Assembly: GCA_021797795.1 (NCBI GenBank)
Contig: JAJZZB010000005.1
Location: 4,514 to 68,513, forward strand
Origin: Actinomycetes bacterium
GTDB taxonomy: Bacteria > Actinomycetota > Acidimicrobiia > Acidimicrobiales > Bog-793
Direction: 5' to 3'
Length of the DNA: 64,000 nt
Every line of letters starts with the position of its first letter. Within the stretch, counting starts at the first letter, position 1. The position numbers and the translations under genes were made by a program. The notes under the pieces were generated by a model. It was not told the origin of the DNA, searched no databases, and was given only the letters and a program-made list of their open reading frames with translations. Positions 43,730 through 51,785 of this stretch are shown one piece after another.

Positions 43730-44298
43730 GGGGTGCATTCTGACCTCGGGCAGCATGGGTGTGACGGCTCCCGCCCGAGTTGCGCCCGGCTTCCTGGCAG
43801 ACGAGCCCTGACGGGGCTCTCGTTTGACGACTCTCTCGTCTTGCACCTTGGAGGATGGCAAGCTCGCGGTGAAGCGGTATGGCTCGTTCCGTTCTCCTCG
43901 CCCGGTACGACACCGGTGCGCTCGATCACCGAGGGCGCGGTCGGGGTAACCGGGAGCCTTGAGGACGGGAGGAGGATCGGCACCGAGGCGACGGGTGCCG
44001 CACGAACCGGAACGAGCTTGCGCTACGAGTGGCCCCGCCGCTCTTCGGAGGCCCTCTCGGCTCAGGCTTCACCGAGGGTAGGAGAGCCTGCCGCGCCGTC
44101 GGAGGTGCTCGGCGCAGGCACGACTCGGGCGGCTCGACCGTTCCGGACGATGCGCCGCCCAGGTCGAGGAGCCGGGCCGGCTCTGAGCACCCAAGGTGGA
44201 CGCCGAGGTTCGTGGCGCCAACGTGCCGTCCGGCCGTCCCGCCTCGAACAGCGAGATGGCGCGAGCCTGGGCCGCCCGTTCGGTGTTTGGATGGAGTC

Positions 44299-44757
44299 AT
44301 GACGATCGAGCAGGACGGGATCCGGGTGGCGAGCGCCGCCCGCGAGATCGACGCTGAGGCGGGTCGCATCTTCGAGCTCATCGCGGACCCGGCACAGCAG
44401 CCTCGCTGGGATGGCAACGACAACCTGGCCGTGGCCGAGGAGGGCCAGCGGGTCCGCTCCGTCGGCGACGTGTTCACCACGAGGCTGACAGGTGGCGCCG
44501 TTCGCGAGAACCATGTGGTGGACTTCGTGGAGGGAAGGCGGATCGCCTGGAAGCCGGCAGAGCCCGGTCGCGAGCCACCTGGGCATCTCTGGGCTTGGAC
44601 CCTGGAGCCACTCGGGCCGTCCCGGACGCACGTCACGCACACCTACGACTGGACCGAGCTGACCGACGAGCAGCGCTACGCACGGGCTCGGGCGACGACG
44701 CCCGAACGACTCCACGCCTCGCTCGACCGGCTCGCTGCGCTCGCCGAGGGCAGCTGA
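44299..44757 (+). CDS. SRPBCC (START/polyketide-cyclase-like) family protein
   Basis: ORF 44029..44757 trimmed to the ATG at 44299 (MTIEQDGIRV...). 152 aa with a SRPBCC-like pattern (IFELIADPAQQPRWDG, HLWAWTLEP). Confidence 0.6.
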   Translation: MTIEQDGIRVASAAREIDAEAGRIFELIADPAQQPRWDGNDNLAVAEEGQRVRSVGDVFTTRLTGGAVRENHVVDFVEGRRIAWKPAEPGREPPGHLWAWTLEPLGPSRTHVTHTYDWTELTDEQRYARARATTPERLHASLDRLAALAEGS

Positions 44758-45247
44758 GACTGGGCCGCGAGCCGCCCGTTGAGGAGGCCAGCCGGGATGC
44801 TCTGGTTGTGTCGTTCCATGACCGTTCGCGGGCCCAGATAGCGTCACCCGGCCAGCAGAGATCGCTCCCGCTCCCGCTGAGACGGCGCGATCAGGTTCGA
44901 CCGGGTGCAAAGACCGGGCGGGCGGTGAACGCCTCATGATGGGCGGTATCGGCCGCTGAGCTGCTGCACCTCGAGCCGCGCCTTGCCACGCGAGCGAAGC
45001 CGGGATTCGATGACGAGCGATGGGAGCCCTCCGGACATGAAGCTCTCCCCGGTGGGCGCTTGGTCACTACCGCCCGCGCTCGGTGGGACCGGGGCGCGGG
45101 TGACCGGCCGTGGCCTGCGGCCGTCGCCTCTCGGTGGCCTGACAGGGCCGGAGGCCGGGCGCCGGTCCGACCGGCATGCAGCTGGTGCCCGGTTCGATCG
45201 GAGTGTTCCAGCTGTGGGACCAACGACGAGGCATAGCCTGCCTGGCG

Positions 45248-46390
45248 ATGGAGACCTCGACTGACCCCGACCCTCGCTGGGAGAGCTGGAGGCGGGCGAG
45301 ACCCGAGCCCCTCGGACTGCACCTCGACACGGCCGCCGCCGGGAGGAGCTCGCGCGCCGTGCTGTCTGCGGTCTCCGACCATGCACTTCTCGAGGCGCGG
45401 GCGGGCGCTTACGTGGCGCAGGAGATGGCGGCCGACGCCCTCGCCGCAAGCCGGGCCGCAATCGGCCGGTTGCTCGGCATGCCGGAAGGCGGCATCGCCT
45501 TCGTCGAGAGCGCGAGCGTGGCGCTCAGCACGCTGCTCCAGGCCTGGCCCTTCGAGCAGGGAGCGACCGTCGCCGTGGCACCGAGCGAGTGGGGTCCCAA
45601 CCTGGCGACCTTCACACGACATGGACTCGGGATGGTCGACCTGCGCGTCGATGCCGATGGCCATGTCGATCTGGCCGAGCTGGAAGACCTGCTCGCCTCG
45701 TCACCGCCGTCTATGGTCCACATCACCCAGGTGGCCTCGCACCGCCCGCTCGTCCAGCCCGCGACCGAGATCGCCACCGTGTGCCGACAGGCGGGAGTGC
45801 CGCTCATCGTCGACGCCGCCCAGGCTCTCGGGCACGTGGACACCGCCACCGGCGCCGACATCATCTACGCCACCAGTCGCAAGTGGCTCACCGGGCCCCG
45901 GGGGGTCGGCGTCCTCGCCGCCGCCCCGCAGTGCTCGGACCGGCTGCGGGCGACGCTCACGGCCTCGCATCAAGACCCGGCCGACGAGACGATCGGTGCC
46001 GCCCTCAGCTCGCGAGAGGCGCACCTGGCGGGGCGTCTCGGCCTCGGCCGTGCCGCCCAGGACCTCCTCGAAATGGGCCCGGCGGCGGTCTTCGAGAGGC
46101 TGGCGGCCGTCGGCCGTGCCACCCGCCGCATTCTCGGCAGCCTGGACAACTGGCGGGTGATCGGGCCCACTGACGAGGCGAGCGCCATCACGGCCCTCGA
46201 GCCCGCCGCGGGTCAGGACGTCATGGGAGTGCGCTCGCGCCTTCTTCGCGACCACGGCACGGTGACGACGGCCCAGCAGGTCTTCCGGGCGCCCCGCGAC
46301 ATGTCCTCGCTCACGTTGCGCGTGAGCCCTCACGTCGACTGCACCAGCGACGACCTCGTCCGCCTGAGAGAGGCGCTGGCGTCGTTGTGA
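45248..46390 (+). CDS. class V PLP-dependent enzyme (cysteine-desulfurase fold), EgtE-like
   Basis: ORF 45176..46390. I prefer the ATG at 45248; no clear SD for either start. LHLDTAAAGRSS, YATSRKWLTGPRGVGVL (PLP lysine), which I recall as EgtE-type. No egtA-D nearby. Confidence 0.55.
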   Translation: METSTDPDPRWESWRRARPEPLGLHLDTAAAGRSSRAVLSAVSDHALLEARAGAYVAQEMAADALAASRAAIGRLLGMPEGGIAFVESASVALSTLLQAWPFEQGATVAVAPSEWGPNLATFTRHGLGMVDLRVDADGHVDLAELEDLLASSPPSMVHITQVASHRPLVQPATEIATVCRQAGVPLIVDAAQALGHVDTATGADIIYATSRKWLTGPRGVGVLAAAPQCSDRLRATLTASHQDPADETIGAALSSREAHLAGRLGLGRAAQDLLEMGPAAVFERLAAVGRATRRILGSLDNWRVIGPTDEASAITALEPAAGQDVMGVRSRLLRDHGTVTTAQQVFRAPRDMSSLTLRVSPHVDCTSDDLVRLREALASL

Positions 46391-46990
46391 GAGGTGTCCG
46401 GGGCGGCAGAGGCGCGGACGGCGCGCCTTCGGCCGGACGTGCGCCGGCCGCCGGATGCTCCTCGTGCCACCGGGATGGACACGACCTCGCCGCCCTCAAG
46501 GTTGAGCAGCGCCCGCGGGCGTGGCGCGCGATCTCGTCCGCGAAGTCCGACAGGGCTCTTCTCACGAGGCGGACGGCGCCATCGGGATGGGCACACAGGC
46601 GCCACGCGGTGCTCGACGGCTACGAAGAGCTGGGCGAGCGCTGCGACCAGATGGCGCTCTCGACGCCCGTCGGGCTCGACCTCGACGGCGATGGCCGGAG
46701 CCCGAGGGCGCAGGGGTCGCACTGCGCGCCGGAACGCGGGCTCGGTATCTCGCCACCCCGCCCGCCTCTGCCAGTCCGCAGGCGTCCTCCGGCGGAAGCG
46801 GTGGCGCCGAGGTACGGATCGAGGTTCCCGGCACCCTCGCCCCGTCCCTGGTGGAGGGAGCCGGCGCCAGCACGGGCGAGGCGAAATCACCCGACCGGGC
46901 CGGCCGGCCGGCGCCAGGCCGGCGCGAACCGGCTGTCGCCCGTCGGATCCCCCGGCAAAGAGGGCGGCGAGGCTTCGATACCCTTTGGCC

Positions 46991-48886
46991 ATGGACGCCG
47001 GGAGCATCCGACACGCATATCTCGACTACTTCCGCGAGCGCGGCCATGTCCGCATCGCGCGGGCCAACCTCGTCCCCCGCGAGGACCCGACCACGCTCTT
47101 CACCGGCTCGGGGATGCAGCCACTCATCCCCTACCTGCTCGGGGCGCCCCATCCCGACGGCACGCGGCTCGTCGACTCGCAGCCCTGCTTTCGAGCGGAG
47201 GACATCGACGAGGTCGGTGACGCCCGGCACACGACGATGTTCGAGATGCTCGGCAACTGGTCGCTCGGCGACTACTTCAAGGCCGAGCAGCTGCCATGGC
47301 TGTTCAGCTTCCTGACCGAGGTCCTTGACCTCGACCCCGGACGGCTCTACGTCAGCGCCTTCGCCGGATCGCCCCGGTGGGGGATCCCCCGGGACGATGA
47401 GTCGATCGAGATCTGGGCCGGACTGCTCTCCAAGGCAGGTGTGAGCGCCGAGGTGGTCGACCTCGGGACGGCCGAGGAGGCGGCGCGCCGGGGCATCGGG
47501 CAGGGCCGGATCATCCTCTACGACGAGTCGCAGTGCTGGTGGAGCCGCTCCGGCCCGCCGGCGTCGATGCCCGCGGGTGAGCCCGGCGGCATCGACTCGG
47601 AAGTCTTCTACCTCTTCCCGCAGGTCGTCCACGACGCCGCCTTCGGGGTGCACTGCCACCCCCACTGCGACTGCGGTCGCTTCGTCGAGATCGGCAACTC
47701 GGTGTTCATGCAGTACCGGCGGACGGAGAGCGGCTTCGAGCGGCTCCCCCAGCCGAACGTCGATTTCGGCGGCGGCCTCGAGCGCCTCGCCATGGCGTCG
47801 ATCGACGCTGACGACGTCTTCGAGGTCGACCTGTTGAAGTCCGTGACGGCTGCCATCGACGCCATGCTCCCGGCCGCCTCGAGCGGTGACCGCCGCGCCA
47901 AGCGGATCATCGCCGACCACGCCCGCGCGGTCGTCTTCCTCGCTCTCGACGGCGTCGAGCCCTCCAACAACACCCAGGGCTATGTCATGCGTCGCTTCGC
48001 CCGCCGGGCAGTGCGCCAGGGCCTTCTTCTCGGGATCGACTCCGGGCTCCTGTCGGCGCTCGTCGCCCCGATCGCCGCCAGCTACCAGTCCGCCTACCCG
48101 GACCTGGCGGACCGTGCCGGCCACATCACTGCGGTGCTCGACCGCGAGGAGAGCCTCTTCCGCAGGACCCTCGCCCGTGGCGTCCGGGAGCTCCCGAAGC
48201 TGGCCGGCCCGCTCCTCACCGGCGACGTCGTCTTCACCCTCTTCGACACCTACGGCTTCCCGCCCGAGCTCAGCGTGGAGGAGGCCCAGTCGGCCGGCCT
48301 CCCGGTGGAAGAGGGCTGGCGAGCGCGCTACGACCAGCTCATGGCCGAGCAGCGGGAGCGGTCCCGCACGGCGGCAGCCGGCATGTTCAAGGGGGGCCTG
48401 GCGGACCAGTCGGAGGCGACCACCCGCCTGCACACCGCCACCCACCTCCTCTACAAGGCGCTCCGGCTGGTCCTCGGTGACCATGTCGTCCAGCGGGGCA
48501 GCAACATCACGCCCGAGCGGCTGCGTTTCGACTTCTCCCACCCGGCCAAAATGACCCCGGAGCAGGTTGCCGAGGTCGAGCGGATCGTCAACCAGAACAT
48601 CGCCCGCGACTGGCCGATGAACATCTCGCAGATGTCGCCCGACGAGGCCTTCGCCGCAGGCGCTCTTGGTGCCTTCGGCGACCGCTACGGACCCGTGGTC
48701 TCCGTCTACACAGCCGGCGATCCTTCCGGCGAGTGGTACAGCAAGGAGATCTGTGGTGGCCCACACGTCCGCCACACCGGCGAGCTCGGGCGCTTCCGGA
48801 TCGTGAAGGAGGAGTCCTCCTCGGCCGGCGTCCGGCGCATCCGGGCGGTGGTCGAGGCCGCGGAGAGGGCGACCGTCTCGTCCTGA
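46991..48886 (+). CDS. alaS: alanine--tRNA ligase, compact form (631 aa) lacking the C-Ala domain
   Basis: ORF 46394..48886 trimmed to the ATG at 46991 (MDAGSIRHAYLDYFRERGH...). Class II core with FEMLGNWSLGDYFK. Editing-domain HTATH (HxxxH) and CGGPH (CxxxH); only about 44 aa follow CGGPH. Confidence 0.8.
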   Translation: MDAGSIRHAYLDYFRERGHVRIARANLVPREDPTTLFTGSGMQPLIPYLLGAPHPDGTRLVDSQPCFRAEDIDEVGDARHTTMFEMLGNWSLGDYFKAEQLPWLFSFLTEVLDLDPGRLYVSAFAGSPRWGIPRDDESIEIWAGLLSKAGVSAEVVDLGTAEEAARRGIGQGRIILYDESQCWWSRSGPPASMPAGEPGGIDSEVFYLFPQVVHDAAFGVHCHPHCDCGRFVEIGNSVFMQYRRTESGFERLPQPNVDFGGGLERLAMASIDADDVFEVDLLKSVTAAIDAMLPAASSGDRRAKRIIADHARAVVFLALDGVEPSNNTQGYVMRRFARRAVRQGLLLGIDSGLLSALVAPIAASYQSAYPDLADRAGHITAVLDREESLFRRTLARGVRELPKLAGPLLTGDVVFTLFDTYGFPPELSVEEAQSAGLPVEEGWRARYDQLMAEQRERSRTAAAGMFKGGLADQSEATTRLHTATHLLYKALRLVLGDHVVQRGSNITPERLRFDFSHPAKMTPEQVAEVERIVNQNIARDWPMNISQMSPDEAFAAGALGAFGDRYGPVVSVYTAGDPSGEWYSKEICGGPHVRHTGELGRFRIVKEESSSAGVRRIRAVVEAAERATVSS

Positions 48887-49487
48887 GCGCGGCTGCTCCG
48901 CCTCGGTCCACCGCCGACAGCATCACGGCTTCCTCGAGCCGGAGGCCGTCTCCGAGCAGTGACGACGGCACGCCGGCCGGGGTCTTGCCCCGGTGGGGCC
49001 GTCTCGCTCCGCGGACACCACCTGAACGGACCGATCGTCGCCGAGGGCTCCTCTGAGCGTTGGTGGCTGGTCGACTCCCACGACCGAGTGTCCCGCCACC
49101 GAGCGGCGAGGTTCCGCGGCTCGCCCGTGAGCGGTCCCGCCTACGCCATCGCAGACCGGAGCCGTCGTCATCTTCACGGCGGCCACCACCTCGTCGACAT
49201 GCACGGCGGAGTGATCGCCTCCAGCGGCTGCCGACCGTTCCCGCCGGCTGCGCGGCGAGAGTCCATCGCGGCCGAGCGGTGGTCCTTGGCTTGACGGGCC
49301 AGGCCGTGGGCAACCTCGAGCCGGGTCCGGCGTCGAGCGTCGCGGCATCTTCATCGCCGCGGATCGTCATCGAGCCCAGTTGGGGAATCCGGACACCCAA
49401 TGACCATGGTGTCCCAGGACTCCCTGCGGCCGACCACCCCGGCAGCGGCGCCAGCAGGAGCTGTGTCGTAGCGGCGAGAAGGGTCTC

Positions 49488-49545
49488 CTTTGAACCGAAT
49501 AAATTCAAGTATTTGAGTTGACGTAGGGCCAGAGAGATAAGGTAG
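49488..49545 (+). promoter_or_regulatory. AT-rich island upstream of UbiD copy 2 (candidate promoter/operator)
   Basis: TTTGAACCGAATAAATTCAAGTATTTGAGTTGACGTAGGGCCAGAGAGATAAGGTAGG stands out from the GC-rich surroundings. TTGAGT/TTGACG -35-like hexamers and TAAGGT -10-like, but the spacings (19 or 14 nt) are not canonical. GAAT-AA-ATTC mini-palindrome. Confidence 0.3.
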
Positions 49546-49719
49546 GAGAGGTCCGAAAACTGGCCCACGGGACCGCCGGTCGCCTGTGACCGTCCATTGT
49601 GCTCCTCGATGTTCGAGAAGGGCGGGGGAGTGATCCGGCGGCGGAGTGCGGCGTGCGACGGGCGTTGTCGGGAGAGCGTGTTCGCTGCGGCAGCACCATA
49701 GAGGATCCGGGAGGAACTG

Positions 49720-51306
49720 ATGAGTGTCACCGAAGTCACCGAGCAAGCAGAGGTGCGAACGAGTGACGACCTTCGGGGCTGGCTCGGGCAGGTGGAGGAG
49801 ATCGGCGAGCTGCACACGATCGAGTCGGAGGTCGATCCGGTCGAGGAGATGGCCGCGACGACCTATCTCGCCGCTCAAGCCGAGGACGCACCGGCGATTC
49901 TCTTCACCAACGTGAGAGGTTCGCGCCCGGGGAGTCGAGCGTTGTTCAACATGGTGGGAAGCAGCCTGCGCCGCTACGCTCTCGCCTTCGGGCTCGACCC
50001 CGGCCTCGACGCACTCACGCTCGTCCAGGCGACGCGAGACCTGCTCCGGCGGCGGGTCGCGCCGGTGACGGTCGACGCCAACCGCGCGCCGATCAACGAG
50101 ACGGTGCTGACGGGCGCCGACATCGACCTCGAGTCGCTTCCTGTTCCCCAGCACTGGCCACTCGATGGCGGCCGTTACATCGGCACCGCAGACGTCGTGC
50201 TCACCCGGGACCCCGACCTCGGGCACGTCAACATGGGCACGTACCGGATGATGCTGCATGACCGCAACCATGTGGGCCTGTATCTGAGCCCGGGCAAGGA
50301 CGCGCGCCTGCACGTCGCGAGGAGCTGGGAGCAGGGAAAAGACGTCGAGGTCGTCGCCGTCTACGGCGTCCATCCGCTGTGGATGATCCTCGGTTCACAG
50401 GCCTTCCCGAAGAACCTCTCCGAGCTCGACGCGGTGGGCGGTGTGCTCGGAAGGCCCTTCGAGCTGGTGAACGGGACCGTGAACGATCTACCGATACCAG
50501 CAGCGGCTGAGATCGCCATCGAGGGAGTGATCCACGTGGGGGCGACGCGCCCCGAGGGTCCTTTCGGCGAGTTCACCGGCTACTACGGGCGTCCCGAGGG
50601 AAGCGCGCCTCTCGTCGAGGTGACAGCAGTCCATCTGCGGCGCGAGCCGATTCTGACCAACGCGCTCATGGCCGACCACCCGAGTTGCGAGATGGGCCTG
50701 TTCAACTGTGTCGCCAGATCGGCCCGTCTCTGGGATGACCTGGATCGCCTGGGCATTCCCGGGATCCGTGGCGTGTGGGCTCCTCCCGAAGCCGCCTCGG
50801 CCTTCGGCGTGCTCGTCGTCTCCCTCGAGCAGCGGTACGCGGGGCACGCGGCGCAGGTGTTGGCCCTCGCCGCTCAGGCGCCGGCGACCGCCTACTTCAC
50901 GAAGTGGATCATCGCCGTGGACGAGGATGTCGACCCCACGGACTTCTCCCAGGTTCTCTGGGCCTTGAGCACCCGCTGCAGCCCTGCCAATGACATCGAC
51001 GTCCTCCACGACACGTGGAGCACGTGGCTCGACCCCACTCTCAACCCGCCGGAGATCCGAGCGTGGGGCTCCAAGGGCCTCATCAACGCCTGTAGGGAGC
51101 ATCGCTACCTCGCCCAGTTCTCGACGCGGACCGCGCTGTCGTCGGCGACCTTCGAGCGCGTGGCAAGCCGCTGGAGCCGGGACTTCGGCCTCCCCGGCGA
51201 GGCGCCTCGCCCCCTTGCCTTCGAAGGAGGGGTCTCTGACCTGTACCGCTATCACGAGACCGGTGAGCGTCTCTCTGGCCGTGAGAACGGTGCCAGCAGC
51301 CTCTGA
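49720..51306 (+). CDS. UbiD-family (prFMN-dependent) decarboxylase, copy 2
   Basis: 528-aa ORF with GGGAGG 6 nt upstream. GGRYIGTADVVLTRDPD, NMGTYR, EGPFGEFTGYYG. No adjacent ubiX. Confidence 0.8.
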   Translation: MSVTEVTEQAEVRTSDDLRGWLGQVEEIGELHTIESEVDPVEEMAATTYLAAQAEDAPAILFTNVRGSRPGSRALFNMVGSSLRRYALAFGLDPGLDALTLVQATRDLLRRRVAPVTVDANRAPINETVLTGADIDLESLPVPQHWPLDGGRYIGTADVVLTRDPDLGHVNMGTYRMMLHDRNHVGLYLSPGKDARLHVARSWEQGKDVEVVAVYGVHPLWMILGSQAFPKNLSELDAVGGVLGRPFELVNGTVNDLPIPAAAEIAIEGVIHVGATRPEGPFGEFTGYYGRPEGSAPLVEVTAVHLRREPILTNALMADHPSCEMGLFNCVARSARLWDDLDRLGIPGIRGVWAPPEAASAFGVLVVSLEQRYAGHAAQVLALAAQAPATAYFTKWIIAVDEDVDPTDFSQVLWALSTRCSPANDIDVLHDTWSTWLDPTLNPPEIRAWGSKGLINACREHRYLAQFSTRTALSSATFERVASRWSRDFGLPGEAPRPLAFEGGVSDLYRYHETGERLSGRENGASSL

Positions 51307-51785
51307 GCTCGCGGTAGGCGGTGCGCGCCCTTGGAGGGTGCGTGCCGCTTGGCTCAACCCCGTGCCGATGTCCCGCTTGGCCGGTGGGCCGGTCCGCCCG
51401 CTCGGCACCCGCGCCGTAGGTCGGCTGGAGGCCGCCTGGCGTATCGCAGTGTGGCAGCCCGAGGGACTGCCGTCGTCCACCCGACAGGTCGGGAGGTGCT
51501 GCGGTAGCTGGCCGGCTCTGTGGCGCGAGGCGGCGGATCCCGATCCGGTCGGGACAACGACCTCACCTCCGGCCTCGGCATCACGCGGTCACGCCGGATC
51601 CAACGTGCTGTTCCATGCCACCATGGGCAATGTCGCCGTGCTCGACGACGCGTGGTCGAGCACGGGCTCGGAGCGGTCGGGAGGGCGCTCCGGCAGATGC
51701 ACAAAGTGGCTCGACGCCCGGGACCGCCTGCAGGCAGGGCCATCAGACGCGACGCCGTGAGAGGTGCGGAGGAAGAAGGGGAAGC

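Noticed and set aside
43862-44298. Riboswitch or structured-RNA candidates in the 570-nt GNAT / SRPBCC divergent spacer. These were a glycine-riboswitch-like GGAGAG...CGCCG..GGAGG stretch and a ZTP-like CGGGCGG...CCGCCCAGG pair. I also checked by eye for RNase P, SRP and tmRNA signatures.
   Set aside because: The diagnostic conserved cores are absent (CGCCGAAGGAGCAA / CUCAGGCA for glycine, CCGCCUGGGC context for ZTP, GAGGAAAGUCCGG for RNase P, GGAAGCAGCC for SRP). What remains is a generic GC-rich hairpin. An Rfam scan would be needed to be sure.
46430-46560. MoaD/ThiS-like sulfur-carrier reading on the minus strand (…LLNLEGGEVVSIPVARGASGG…).
   Set aside because: No stop codon follows the GG, the preceding sequence is Arg-rich junk, the third-codon-position bias is weak in this segment, and no E1-like or JAMM partner gene is nearby.
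51307-51785. A possible small gene or regulator between UbiD-2 and ligase 3. Candidates were minus-strand …VVEHGDIAHGGMEQHVGSGVTA* and plus-strand …SNVLFHATMGNVAVLDDA….
   Set aside because: Both readings are short, mutually antisense, lack start and SD signals, and resemble no family I can name. I treated the region as non-coding or decayed spacer.
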